From: Candidatus Rokuibacteriota bacterium
Lineage (GTDB): Bacteria > Methylomirabilota > Methylomirabilia > Rokubacteriales > CSP1-6
Length of the DNA stretch: 64,000 nt
Direction of reading: 5' to 3'
Assembly (NCBI GenBank): GCA_030647435.1
Contig: JAUSJX010000081.1
Location: forward strand, 2,913 to 66,912
A program made the translations under genes and the position numbers. This document shows, in pieces, positions 1 through 9,730 of this stretch. Every line of letters starts with the position of its first letter. The stretch's first letter is position 1. The notes below the pieces were generated by a model. That model did no database searches. It saw nothing but the letters and a program-made list of their open reading frames with translations, and had not been told where the DNA came from.

Positions 1-719
1 AGGACACGCTCGCCTATGGCAGGGAGCTGCCCGGAAACGGCGACATCGGCGATTTGCTCCTCGCGCTCTCTGAGACGCGCATGCCGTGGATCAGGCCCAT
101 GTACGTCCACCCAGCGCACGTAAACGATCGCCTGGTGGACAAGTGGCGGCGCGCGCGCGTCGTGCCGTATCTCGACATGCCGGTGCAGCACGGCGACGAT
201 GCGATCCTCCGGGCCATGCGCCGCGCCGTCACCGCGCGACGGATGAGAGAGATCGTGGCGCAGTTCCGCGAAGCCATCCCGGGCGTCACGATCCGCACGA
301 CGGTCCTCGTGGGCTTTCCCGGCGAGACGGACGCCGCTTTCGACAACCTCCTGTCTTTCGTCGAGGACACGGCCTTCGACCGCCTGGGCGTCTTCACCTA
401 CTCGGTCGAGGAGGGCACGCCTGCGGCAACCATGCCTGACCAGGTGCCCGCGGACGTGATGGCGGCGCGCGCGCACCAGGTCCAGGACCTTCAGGATAGC
501 CTCGCCTGGGAGCGTCAGAAGGCGCTCTACGGCACGAAGCAGACCGTCCTGGTGGACGGCGCGAGCGCCGATCCCGCCTTCCCCTTCGAGGGGAGGACGG
601 CGGGACAGGCGCCGGAAATCGACGGCGTCGTCTACCTCCGCGATCCCGAGCTCAGCCCCGGACGCTTCGCAGAGGTCCGCATCGTCGAAGTGGACGGCTA
701 CGAGCTCGTGGGGGAATAG
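1..719 (+). CDS. rimO: Ribosomal protein S12 methylthiotransferase, 5'-truncated by window edge
   Basis: Frame open from base 3 (DTLAYG...). Contains YLDMPVQH, RTTVLVGFPGET, GVFTYSVEEGT and a C-terminal TRAM segment QAPEIDGVVY. Confidence 0.93.
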   Translation, partial: DTLAYGRELPGNGDIGDLLLALSETRMPWIRPMYVHPAHVNDRLVDKWRRARVVPYLDMPVQHGDDAILRAMRRAVTARRMREIVAQFREAIPGVTIRTTVLVGFPGETDAAFDNLLSFVEDTAFDRLGVFTYSVEEGTPAATMPDQVPADVMAARAHQVQDLQDSLAWERQKALYGTKQTVLVDGASADPAFPFEGRTAGQAPEIDGVVYLRDPELSPGRFAEVRIVEVDGYELVGE

Positions 720-722
720 CCG

Positions 723-1187
723 ATCCGCATCGCGGACCGCCTGGCCTTCGTTATCGCCAGCGGCGCGGGCGCGGGCTACTTCCCCGTTGCGCCCGGCACC
801 GCCGGCAGCCTGGTGGCGGCCGTCGGGCTCTGGCTCATCCCGTTCTCCCGCGTCGGCCTCTGGGCCGCGCTGGCGGCGGTCGTCGTCGTCGGGATCTGGG
901 CCTCGCACCGCGTCGAGGCCGTGCTCGAGCGCAAGGATCCCGGCGTGATCGTCATCGACGAGGTGGCGGGTATGATGGTGGCGGTCCTGCTCCTGCCCCG
1001 CACCCTCGGTGTCCTCCTCTGCGCATTCCTCCTCTTCCGGCTCTTCGACATCTGGAAGCCCTTCCCGGCGCGCGAGGTCGAGGCCCTGCGCGGCGGCTTC
1101 GGCGTCGTGGCGGACGACCTGATCGCGGGCGTCTACGCCCTCGTGCTGATCATGGGCGCGCGGATGCTCTTCGGAGTGCCTCGGTGA
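723..1187 (+). CDS. pgpA: Phosphatidylglycerophosphatase A; probable non-canonical start (ATC 723 or CTG 741)
   Basis: KDPGVIVIDEVAG and FRLFDIWKPFP motifs. The conserved N-terminal GAGYFPVAPGTAGSL lies upstream of the ORF-track start at 813. Confidence 0.88.
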   Translation: MRIADRLAFVIASGAGAGYFPVAPGTAGSLVAAVGLWLIPFSRVGLWAALAAVVVVGIWASHRVEAVLERKDPGVIVIDEVAGMMVAVLLLPRTLGVLLCAFLLFRLFDIWKPFPAREVEALRGGFGVVADDLIAGVYALVLIMGARMLFGVPR

Positions 1188-2407
1188 GCCCGGCTCATGT
1201 GCTCACGGTGGCGGACGGCGCGGCCGACGACAGGGCGGCCCGTGACGTGGCGCGCGCGCTGGCCGCAGCGGGCACCCTGGTCGCGTCGCGCCAGGTGGTG
1301 GACCCGAGCGAGGCGGCGCTCGAGCCCGCGCTGCGCGGACCGCTCGAGGGCGGCGGGCTCACGGTCGTGCTCGCAGAGCCCGGTGGCTCGGCGGGTGAGT
1401 TGGTGCCCCGCGTGGTCGCGCGCCTCACTGGCGCGCGGCTCGTCCTCAACGAGCGGCGCCTGGCGCTGCTCGAGGCCTCGTTTGCCCAGCGCGGCCAGGC
1501 CATGCCGAGGCGGCTCGACAGGCTCGGACTCTTGCCCAAGGGCGCCCTACTTCTGCCGTCGGCGCCCGACGGCTGGGATGGCTGGTCGCTCGCGGGGAAG
1601 AACGGAGTCCTCGTCGTCCTGCCCCTGGGCTCTCCACACCTCGGGAGCATGGTGAGCGACTTTCTCAAGGCGCCGGCCGGACTCGAAGCGGCGGAGGCGC
1701 TCGTCCAGCGCGTGCTCCTGACGACCGGACTCGAAGCGGCGGATGCCGAGGCGCGCGTCGGTGCATGGCTCGGCAAGGAGGGCGACGTCACGGTCTCCTG
1801 CGTGCCCGTCGAGGGCGACGTCCATGTGCGCCTGCTCGGGCGCGGCGCCACTCGCGCGCTGGCCGAGTCCGCGCTGGCGCCGGTCGAGGCCGAGGTGCGC
1901 GCGGCGCTCGGCGCCGACTGCTACGGCCGGGACGACGACCTCCTCGAGGAGGTTGTCGGGCGGCTCCTCTTGGAGCGCGCGTGGACCGTGTCGGTCGCCG
2001 AGTCGTGCACGGGCGGCCTCCTCGGCCACCGGCTGACCAATATCGCGGGTTCGTCGCGTTACGTCGAGCGCGGGGTCATCGTTTACTCGAACCGCGCCAA
2101 GGAAGACCTCCTCGGCGTCCCCGAGCCGCTCCTGCGCGCCCACGGCGCCGTCAGCGCGCCCGTCGCCCAGGCGATGGCGGCGGGCGTCTGCCGCATCTCG
2201 GGCTCGCCCTGCGGCTTGGCCGTCACGGGCATCGCCGGCCCGGACGGCGGCAGCGCGGAGAAGCCGGTCGGCACGGTCTACATCGGCTGCGCGACGCCGG
2301 CCGGCGTTGAGACGCGCCGCTGTCGCTTCGCCGGCGACCGCGTGGCCATCAAGTGGCAGTCCTCCCAAGCGGCGCTCGACATGCTTCGCCGCCGGCTGGT
2401 GCCCTGA
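1184..2407 (+). CDS. cinA: CinA-family protein / NMN amidohydrolase (PncC domain)
   Basis: AESCTGG, HGAVS, TGIAGPDGGS.EKPVGTV motifs; degenerate N-terminal domain; typical position before recA. Confidence 0.92.
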   Translation: MSPAHVLTVADGAADDRAARDVARALAAAGTLVASRQVVDPSEAALEPALRGPLEGGGLTVVLAEPGGSAGELVPRVVARLTGARLVLNERRLALLEASFAQRGQAMPRRLDRLGLLPKGALLLPSAPDGWDGWSLAGKNGVLVVLPLGSPHLGSMVSDFLKAPAGLEAAEALVQRVLLTTGLEAADAEARVGAWLGKEGDVTVSCVPVEGDVHVRLLGRGATRALAESALAPVEAEVRAALGADCYGRDDDLLEEVVGRLLLERAWTVSVAESCTGGLLGHRLTNIAGSSRYVERGVIVYSNRAKEDLLGVPEPLLRAHGAVSAPVAQAMAAGVCRISGSPCGLAVTGIAGPDGGSAEKPVGTVYIGCATPAGVETRRCRFAGDRVAIKWQSSQAALDMLRRRLVP

Positions 2408-2997
2408 TGCCGCGCGCCTTCGTCGCCGTCGTGCTGGACGAGCAGACGAGGCGGACCGTCGCTGCGCAGATCGACCGTCTGCGCCCGCTCTCCAAGACCG
2501 TCGCCTGGGTGCCGCCCCACAACCTCCACCTGACGCTCCGATTCCTCGGCGACCAGACAGAGGAGCAGCTGGCGGACGTGGTGCCGGCTCTCGAGGAGGC
2601 TGCCTCGGGCGTGCCGACCTTCACGCTGAGTCTCAAGGGGTTGGGCGCCTTCCCCGCCCTCGACCATCCGCGCACCCTCTGGGTCGGTGTCTCCGAGGGC
2701 GTGCAGGACGTGCAACGGCTGCAGGCCCGCGTGGCCGAGGCGCTCGAGAGGCGGGGCGTCCCGATCGAAGCGCGCGCCTGGCAGGCGCACGTCACCATCG
2801 GCCGCGTCACCGACGAGAAGCGCTGGCGGCGCGAGGGCATGCCGGAGCTCCGCTCGGCGGTGGTGCGCGGGGCCGCCACGCCCTTCGGCTCGATGCCCGT
2901 CGCCTCGATCGCGCTCATGCGGAGCGACCTCTACACTTCGGGGGCTCGCTACACGGGCATCGCCTCCGTGCCGCTGTCCTCCGAGTACGACGTCTGA
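2407..2997 (+). CDS. thpR: RNA 2',3'-cyclic phosphodiesterase (2H family)
   Basis: Two HxT motifs (HLTL, HVTI); ATG overlaps the cinA stop (TGATG). Confidence 0.92.
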   Translation: MPRAFVAVVLDEQTRRTVAAQIDRLRPLSKTVAWVPPHNLHLTLRFLGDQTEEQLADVVPALEEAASGVPTFTLSLKGLGAFPALDHPRTLWVGVSEGVQDVQRLQARVAEALERRGVPIEARAWQAHVTIGRVTDEKRWRREGMPELRSAVVRGAATPFGSMPVASIALMRSDLYTSGARYTGIASVPLSSEYDV

Positions 2998-3073
2998 CTC
3001 CCCGCCGCGTATCGCTTTCGGGACATTGACACGCCGGAAGAGCGCGTCAGGATGGATGTGTCGGACGCGCTGA

Positions 3074-3103
3074 TTGACTTTGGGGTCCACGGGCCCCTAC
3101 AAT
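3074..3103 (+). promoter_or_regulatory. Sigma70-type promoter of recA
   Basis: TTGACT-18 bp-TACAAT, followed by a GGAGGAG RBS before ATG 3154. Confidence 0.65.
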
Positions 3104-3153
3104 GATGAAACTGCTCGTCGAATTGGGCGTTTACGCGCCTCGGAGGAGAACCC

Positions 3154-5283
3154 ATGGCTGAAGTAGCGAAGAGCGATCGGCGGCAGGCCCTCGACCTGGC
3201 CATCGCGTCCATCGACCGTCAGTTCGGCAAGGGTGCCATCATGCGCCTGGGCCAGGGGGGCGTGTTCGACGAGATCTCGGTCATCCCGACCGGGGCGCTC
3301 TCCCTCGACGTCGCGCTCGGCATCGGCGGCATCCCGCGCGGTCGCGTCACCGAGATCTACGGGCCGGAGTCCTCCGGCAAGACGACGCTGGCGCTGCACA
3401 TCATCGCGGAAGCCCAGCACATGGGCGGCACGGCCGCCTTCATCGACGCCGAGCACGCCCTCGACCCGAAGTACGCCAAGAACCTCGGCGTCAATACCGA
3501 CGAGCTCCTGATCTCCCAGCCGGACACCGGGGAGCAGGCGCTCGAGATCGCCGAGACGCTCGTGCGCTCGAACGCCGTGGACGCGATCGTGATCGACTCG
3601 GTCGCGGCGCTCGTGCCGCGGGCCGAGCTCGACGGCGACATGGGCGACTCGCTGCCGGGCCTGCAGGCGCGGCTCATGTCCCAGGCGCTCCGCAAGCTCA
3701 CGGCGGCCATCGCGCGCTCCGGCGGCGCCGTGATCTTCATCAACCAGATCCGCGAAAAAATAGGCGTCATGTTCGGCTGTTTCCACTACACGACGCGAGT
3801 CGTCCTGGCCGATGGAAGCACGGAGAAGATCGGCAAGCTGGTGAACCAGCGTCGAGCCGTGGAAGTCCTCTCGTACGATTCCGCCACGGGTCGGATCGAG
3901 CCGCGCCGCGTGGTGAACTGGTTCGACAACGGCCGTGTCGATCATTTCCTCCAGTTCGAGGTCGAAGGGGGACGGTCCGGTCGCCGCCATTTTGGAGCCA
4001 CGGAGAGCCACGTCATCTTCACTCCTAACGGACCGACCGCGGCCGCCGATCTGGAGGTTGGTGATGAGGTGCTCGTCTCGGTACGAGACTACGACCTCAC
4101 GGCCGGCCAGTGGCAGGTGATCCTCGGCGGCAGCTTCGGGGACGGTTCCCTCCGGAAGGTGGGCACGCACGCGGCGTCGTTCCGGGTAGGGCACAGCGAA
4201 GCGCAGAAGGACTATCTGCGCTGGAAACACTCGATGCTGGCGCCGTTCTCGAGTCCCATTCGCCGCACGGGCAATGGGTTCGGCTTTGACACGCTGGCAA
4301 TTCCGGCGCTCGCCGATCTGCGGAGCCACTACTACGGCACCGGCCGCGAGCGTCTCGCTGCCCAGGCCGTTCTCGACCGGCTCGATACGCGGGGGCTGGC
4401 CGTTTGGTACGCCGATGACGGGTCATTCATGGGGTCCTATGCCCGCTGGGGCAAGGGCAAAGCCGTGCTCTACAACACGGCCCTCTCAGCGGAATCCCGC
4501 GCTCGTGTGGTGGGTCTCTTTGAGCGCCTCGGTATCGGGCACCCCCGCGATGACGGCCGGGGTTTCTGGCTCTCCTCGGAGCAGACCGCCACATTCCACC
4601 GGATGATCGCGCCGTATGTGCATCCCTCGATGGACTTCAAGCTCCATCCGAGCGAGCGAGGCCGGTTCGAGTGGCAGCCCGAGCTCGACGGATCCGTGGC
4701 GCCCCTGGCGAATCGTGCCCGCTTGCGCGCAGTGCCGGCCCGTATCCTGAAGCGGTACGTCAAGCCCGCAACCCGTTCGACCCACCGCTTCGATCTGGAA
4801 ATTGAAGGGAATCACACCTACCTCGTGGACGGCGTGGTCGTGCACAACTCGCCCGAGACGACCACGGGAGGCCGGGCTCTCAAGTTCTACTCGTCCATCC
4901 GCCTCGACATCCGGCGGCAGGAGGCGATCAAGAACGGCACCGAGTCGATCGGCGTGCACACCAAGGTCAAGGTCGTGAAGAACAAGCTCGCGCCGCCGTT
5001 CCGCGAGGCGGAGTTCGACGTCATCTACGGCGAGGGCATCTCCAAGGAAGGTTCCGTCCTCGATGCCGCGGTCGAGCAGAACCTCGTCGAGAAGTCCGGC
5101 ACCTGGCACACGTACGGGACAGAGCGGATCGGCCAGGGCCGCGAGAACGCCAAGAAGTACCTCAAGGACAACCCCAAGATTCTGGCGGACCTCGAGGTCA
5201 AGGTGCGCGCGGCGCTGGGCCTCAAGCCGGTCGGTGGCGGGCCGGCGCCGGTGCGCGCCGAGCCCCAGAAAGCGGCCAAGTAG
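3154..5283 (+). CDS. recA: Recombinase A precursor containing an intein
   Basis: [31 protein letters not shown]|intein|[13 protein letters not shown]. Confidence 0.98.
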   Translation: MAEVAKSDRRQALDLAIASIDRQFGKGAIMRLGQGGVFDEISVIPTGALSLDVALGIGGIPRGRVTEIYGPESSGKTTLALHIIAEAQHMGGTAAFIDAEHALDPKYAKNLGVNTDELLISQPDTGEQALEIAETLVRSNAVDAIVIDSVAALVPRAELDGDMGDSLPGLQARLMSQALRKLTAAIARSGGAVIFINQIREKIGVMFGCFHYTTRVVLADGSTEKIGKLVNQRRAVEVLSYDSATGRIEPRRVVNWFDNGRVDHFLQFEVEGGRSGRRHFGATESHVIFTPNGPTAAADLEVGDEVLVSVRDYDLTAGQWQVILGGSFGDGSLRKVGTHAASFRVGHSEAQKDYLRWKHSMLAPFSSPIRRTGNGFGFDTLAIPALADLRSHYYGTGRERLAAQAVLDRLDTRGLAVWYADDGSFMGSYARWGKGKAVLYNTALSAESRARVVGLFERLGIGHPRDDGRGFWLSSEQTATFHRMIAPYVHPSMDFKLHPSERGRFEWQPELDGSVAPLANRARLRAVPARILKRYVKPATRSTHRFDLEIEGNHTYLVDGVVVHNSPETTTGGRALKFYSSIRLDIRRQEAIKNGTESIGVHTKVKVVKNKLAPPFREAEFDVIYGEGISKEGSVLDAAVEQNLVEKSGTWHTYGTERIGQGRENAKKYLKDNPKILADLEVKVRAALGLKPVGGGPAPVRAEPQKAAK
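3778..4848 (+). mobile_element. Intein (357 aa) with LAGLIDADG homing endonuclease at the RecA-b site
   Basis: Begins with Cys ([13 protein letters not shown]), ends VVHN before Ser+1; endonuclease blocks [12 protein letters not shown] and [11 protein letters not shown]. Confidence 0.96.
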
Positions 5284-5291
5284 GAGCGACC

Positions 5292-6452
5292 ATGGACTTC
5301 CACCAGCTCCTGAGCGAGTGCGTGAAGCGCAGCGCCTCCGACCTGCACCTCAAGTCTGGCTCGCGCCCCATCGTGCGCGTGCACGGCCACCTCGAGACGC
5401 AGGACGACCTTCCGGCGGTGACGCGCGACTTCATGCGCAAGACGGCCATGACGCTGCTGGGCGAGATCCGCTACAACGCGCTGATGGAGGGCGAGGAGAT
5501 GGACCTCGCCCACAGCGTCCCGAGCGTCGGGCGCTTCCGCATCAACGTCTTCCTCTGCCAGGGCGACGTGCGCGCCGTGCTCCGCCACATCCCCGAGCGC
5601 ATCCCGCCCTTCGAGGAGCTGCACCTGCCCAAGGTGCTGGAGCGCCTCTGCCTGGAGCGCCGCGGCATGGTGCTGGTCACCGGCATCACCGGTTCCGGCA
5701 AGACCACGACGCTCGCGGCCATGCTCGACTTCATGAACCGGACGCGCAACGACCACATCGTCACCATCGAGGACCCGGTCGAGTTCGTCCACGAGGACAA
5801 GAAGTGCGTCATCAGCCAGCGCGAGATCGGGCAGGACTCGACGAGCTTCGCGCAGGCGCTGCGCGCCGCCCTCCGCCAGGACCCGGACATTATCCTCGTC
5901 GGCGAGATGCGCGACGCCGAGACGATGGAAGTGGCGCTGCACGCCGCGGAGACGGGCCACCTCGTGCTCTCGACCCTCCACACGCTGAACGCGACCGAGA
6001 CGATCAACCGCATCATCTCGATCTTCCCGCCGCACCAGGAGGACCAGATCCGCGCCCAGCTCTCCGCCGTCATCCAGGGCGTCGTCTCCCAGCGCCTGGT
6101 GGTCCGCGCCGACGGCAAGGGGCGCGTGCCGGCGGTCGAGGTGATGATGATGACCGGTCTCATCCGCGAGTCCATCCGCGAGAGGCTCAAGACGCCGCAG
6201 ATCCCCACCGTCATCGCGGCGGGCCAGGCGCAGTACGGCATGCAGACCTTCGACCAGTCCCTGCTCGGCCTCTACCGCCAGGAGCTCGTGACGTACGAGA
6301 CGGCGCGGGACGCCGCGACCAACCCCGACGACTTCGATCTCAAGATCAAGGGCATCTTCTCCACCGGTGAGATGACCTGGGACGCGAGCAGCCCCGGCTT
6401 CGTGGGCGCCCCCAGCGTCGGCAGGCTGCCGGGCCCCGCCAAGCGGAACTAG
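5292..6452 (+). CDS. PilT/PilU-family type IV pilus retraction ATPase
   Basis: ASDLHL, GITGSGKTT, TIEDPVE, LRQDPDIILVGEMRD, GMQTFDQ. Confidence 0.93.
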   Translation: MDFHQLLSECVKRSASDLHLKSGSRPIVRVHGHLETQDDLPAVTRDFMRKTAMTLLGEIRYNALMEGEEMDLAHSVPSVGRFRINVFLCQGDVRAVLRHIPERIPPFEELHLPKVLERLCLERRGMVLVTGITGSGKTTTLAAMLDFMNRTRNDHIVTIEDPVEFVHEDKKCVISQREIGQDSTSFAQALRAALRQDPDIILVGEMRDAETMEVALHAAETGHLVLSTLHTLNATETINRIISIFPPHQEDQIRAQLSAVIQGVVSQRLVVRADGKGRVPAVEVMMMTGLIRESIRERLKTPQIPTVIAAGQAQYGMQTFDQSLLGLYRQELVTYETARDAATNPDDFDLKIKGIFSTGEMTWDASSPGFVGAPSVGRLPGPAKRN

Positions 6453-6454
6453 CC

Positions 6455-6994
6455 GTGGCGTCGCGGGGCCGCCGCCCGGCGCGCGGGCCCCGGGAGCGGC
6501 GGGAGCTGGACGCGAAGGCCGCCAAGCTGGCGGCCTTCGACCTTCTCGCCCGCAAGTCCTGGAGCGCCCGCGAGCTGACGAGCCGGCTGAAGCGCCGCGG
6601 CGCGCCCGACGAGATCGCGCGTGCGGTGGTCGCCGAGCTCTGCTCCCGAGGCTACGTGGACGACGCCTCGTTCGCGCGCTTCTGGGCCGAGTCGCGCGCG
6701 CGCGGGCGGCGCGTCGGCAGCCGCCGTCTCCGCCAGGAGCTTCTCCAGAAGGGCATTCCGCGCGACGTGGCCGCCGCGGCGATCGCCGCCGCCTTCGAGG
6801 AGGCGCCCGAGGCTCTGCGGTGCCTCGAGGCGGGACGCCGCCGGCTGCCGGCCCTCCTGCGGGCCGGCCTCCCACGGGCGGCGCCGCGGCTGCGCGACTA
6901 CCTCGTGCGCCGCGGATACCCCCTAGCGGTCGTCATGCGGACGGTCGCGGCGCTCACCGGGACGCGCCCCGACGGAGACGCACCGTCCGACTGA
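6455..6994 (+). CDS. recX: RecA regulator RecX
   Basis: GYVDDASFA, LRQELLQKGI, LVRRGY; recA-recX-alaS context. Confidence 0.88.
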   Translation: MASRGRRPARGPRERRELDAKAAKLAAFDLLARKSWSARELTSRLKRRGAPDEIARAVVAELCSRGYVDDASFARFWAESRARGRRVGSRRLRQELLQKGIPRDVAAAAIAAAFEEAPEALRCLEAGRRRLPALLRAGLPRAAPRLRDYLVRRGYPLAVVMRTVAALTGTRPDGDAPSD

Positions 6995-7013
6995 CCCCCG
7001 GTATAATGACGCC

Positions 7014-9701
7014 ATGGCCATGACCGGTAGCGAGCTCCGCCAGCGCTTCCTGGAGTACTTCAGCCGCCACGGGCACACCGTGGTGCGCTCGTCGCCCCTC
7101 GTGCCCGCCCACGACCCGACGCTCCTCTTCACCAACGCCGGGATGGTCCAGTTCAAGAGCGTGTTCCTGGGCGAGGAGCGGCGGGAGTACAAGCGCGCGG
7201 CCACCGTGCAGAAGTGCGTGCGGGCGGGCGGCAAACACAACGACCTGGAGAACGTGGGCCGCACGGCCCGGCACCACACCTTCTTCGAGATGCTGGGCAA
7301 TTTCTCCTTCGGGGACTACTTCAAGGCCGAGGCCGTGGCCTTCTGCTGGGAGCTCCTGACCGGGGAGCTGGGGCTGCCGAAGGACCGGCTCAAGGCGACC
7401 GTCTTCACCGACGACGACGACGCGTTCGCGCTGTGGAAGAAAGTCGCCGGCTTGGGCGACGAGCGCATCCTGCGCCTGGGCGAGAAGGACAATTTCTGGG
7501 CCATGGGTGACACCGGCCCCTGCGGGCCGTGCTCCGAGGTGCACTTCCACCAGGGCGACCATTTCCCGTGCCCGGAGGAGCAGGCGGGCCGGACATGCCT
7601 GGGCCCGGCCTGCGACTGCGACCGCTGGCTCGAGATCTGGAACCTCGTCTTCATGCAGTTCAACCGGGACGCGTCGGGGAAAATGACGCCCCTGCCCAAG
7701 CCCTCGATCGACACGGGCATGGGCCTCGAGCGCCTCGCCGCCGTGATGCAGGGCACGCCGTCCAACTACGACACCGACCTCCTGCGCCCGCTGATCACCC
7801 GCGTCGAGCGCCTCGCGTCGAAGCGCTACGGCGCAGATGCCGAGCACGACGTCTCGATGCGGGTCATCGCCGACCACGCGCGCGCGGCCACCTTCCTCAT
7901 CACCGACGGCGTGACGCCGTCGAACGAGTGGCGCGGCTACGTGCTGCGCCGGATCATGCGCCGGGCCATGCGCCACGGCCGCATGCTCGGGCTCGAGCGG
8001 CCCTTCCTCTGGGAGGTGACCTCGACCGTGGTGGAGATTCTGGGCGGAGCGTACCCGGAGATCATCGAGGCCCGCGGGCACGTCGCGGATGCCGTGAAGC
8101 AGGAGGAGGAGCGCTTCAGCGAGACGCTCGGCCTCGGCACGGCCAAGATCCACGAGTACCTCGAGGCTCATGCCCACGACCCGCGAAAAGTCGCCGACGG
8201 GAAGTTTCTCTTCACGCTCTACGACACCCATGGCTTCCCGACCGATCTCGCGCAGGAGGTCTTCCAGGACGCCGGCTGGTCCGTGCCGCCGGAGGCGATG
8301 CAGCAGTTCGAGACCGAGATGGAGGCCCAGCGCGAGCGCGCGCGGGCGGGCGCTTCTTTCGGCGCGGCGGCCGCCGACGGGGACGGCACGGTCGAGATCT
8401 ATCGCCAGCTCTCGGCGCAGATCGGCAAGCCTGAGTTCCTCGGCTACTCCCAGCTGGCGACGCCCGCGCGGATCCTGGCCCTGGTCGGCGAGGGACGGCG
8501 GCTCACCGAGGCGGTGCAGGGCCAGGTCGTCGAGGTCATCCTCGACCGCACGCCCGCCTATGCCGAGTCCGGCGGCCAGATGGGCGATACCGGCGCCATC
8601 ATGGGGCGCGAGGGGCAGGGGTCCATCGAGGACACGTACTACCGGAGCGGCCATCTGATCGTCCACCGCGTCCGCGTCAACCAGGGGAGGTTGAGGGAAA
8701 ACGAAGAGGTGGCCGTGTCCGTCGAATCGGCCCGGCGCCAGGGTTTGAAACTCCACCACACGGGGACGCACCTGCTCCACGCGGCGCTCAGGAGGGTCCT
8801 CGGCACCCACGTGACGCAGGCGGGTTCGCTGGTCGCGCCCGACCACCTGCGCTTCGACTTCTCCCACGGCGGGCCGCTCAAGGACGGCGAGATCGAGAAG
8901 GTCGAGGATCTCGTCAACGAGCACGTCCAGGCCAACATCGTCGTCACGCCCGCCGAGATGGATCTCCAGGCCGCGCTCAAGAGCGGGGCCATGGCGCTGT
9001 TCGGCGAGAAGTACGGCGACCGCGTGCGCGTCATCCGCATCGGGGATTTCTCCACCGAGCTCTGCGGCGGCACGCACCTCGAGGCCACCGGCCAGATCGG
9101 CCTCTTCAAGGTCGTCTCCGAGGGCGCCGTCGCCTCTGGCGTCCGCCGCATCGAGGCGGTGACGGGCGAGGCCGCGCTGAGACATGTAGGCCGGCAGGAG
9201 GCGGCGCTGCGCGAGTCGGCAGGCCTCCTCAGGATCCCGCCGCTCGAGCTGCCGCGGCGCCTCCAGAAGCTCCTCGACGAGCAGAAGCAGCTCGAAAAGC
9301 AGGTGCAGCAGCTCGAGGCGCGACTCGCGAAGAACAGGGCGCAGGAGCTGGCTCTAGCCGCGAAGACCGTCGCGGGTGTGACCGTGCTGGCGGCGCGCAT
9401 CGACGGCCTCGACGCCGAAGGGCTGCGCTCGGTCGTGGATACGCTGCGCGAACGCATGGGTCCGGGCGTGATCTGTCTGGGATCCTTGATGGATGGGAAG
9501 GTCGCCTTGGTGGCGTCCGTTTCCAAGGACCTGACGAAACGCATTCAGGCCGGGAAGCTCGTGCAGGAGGTGGCGCCGCTCGTCGGCGGCAAGGGCGGTG
9601 GTCGGCCTGACCTGGCGCAGGGCGGCGGCACCGATGCCTCACGGCTCGACGAAGCCTTGGCCCTTGTGCCGGCCTTTATCGAGCGCGCGTACAAGGTCTA
9701 G
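7014..9701 (+). CDS. alaS: Alanine--tRNA ligase
   Basis: DPTLLFTNAGM, HHTFFEMLGNFSFGDYFK, HTGTH, ELCGGTH, GGKGGGRPDLAQGG. Confidence 0.98.
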   Translation: MAMTGSELRQRFLEYFSRHGHTVVRSSPLVPAHDPTLLFTNAGMVQFKSVFLGEERREYKRAATVQKCVRAGGKHNDLENVGRTARHHTFFEMLGNFSFGDYFKAEAVAFCWELLTGELGLPKDRLKATVFTDDDDAFALWKKVAGLGDERILRLGEKDNFWAMGDTGPCGPCSEVHFHQGDHFPCPEEQAGRTCLGPACDCDRWLEIWNLVFMQFNRDASGKMTPLPKPSIDTGMGLERLAAVMQGTPSNYDTDLLRPLITRVERLASKRYGADAEHDVSMRVIADHARAATFLITDGVTPSNEWRGYVLRRIMRRAMRHGRMLGLERPFLWEVTSTVVEILGGAYPEIIEARGHVADAVKQEEERFSETLGLGTAKIHEYLEAHAHDPRKVADGKFLFTLYDTHGFPTDLAQEVFQDAGWSVPPEAMQQFETEMEAQRERARAGASFGAAAADGDGTVEIYRQLSAQIGKPEFLGYSQLATPARILALVGEGRRLTEAVQGQVVEVILDRTPAYAESGGQMGDTGAIMGREGQGSIEDTYYRSGHLIVHRVRVNQGRLRENEEVAVSVESARRQGLKLHHTGTHLLHAALRRVLGTHVTQAGSLVAPDHLRFDFSHGGPLKDGEIEKVEDLVNEHVQANIVVTPAEMDLQAALKSGAMALFGEKYGDRVRVIRIGDFSTELCGGTHLEATGQIGLFKVVSEGAVASGVRRIEAVTGEAALRHVGRQEAALRESAGLLRIPPLELPRRLQKLLDEQKQLEKQVQQLEARLAKNRAQELALAAKTVAGVTVLAARIDGLDAEGLRSVVDTLRERMGPGVICLGSLMDGKVALVASVSKDLTKRIQAGKLVQEVAPLVGGKGGGRPDLAQGGGTDASRLDEALALVPAFIERAYKV

Positions 9702-9730
9702 CGACGCTGCTGGAGACAGCCAAACACCGC

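Noticed and set aside
717..812. Amber readthrough producing a RimO-PgpA fusion
   Set aside because: RimO ends at its normal C-terminus and no pyrrolysine genes are seen; a non-canonical pgpA start with an RBS is simpler, though readthrough is not formally excluded.
2998..3153. LexA/SOS box upstream of recA
   Set aside because: Inverted repeats exist (AGCGCGTC/GACGCGCT) but none matches a LexA box I know.
6954..9185. Long antisense ORFs (also 5025-6875, 33036-35648, 45122-47020, 52789-54495 and others)
   Set aside because: Typical high-GC shadow frames opposite well-supported genes.
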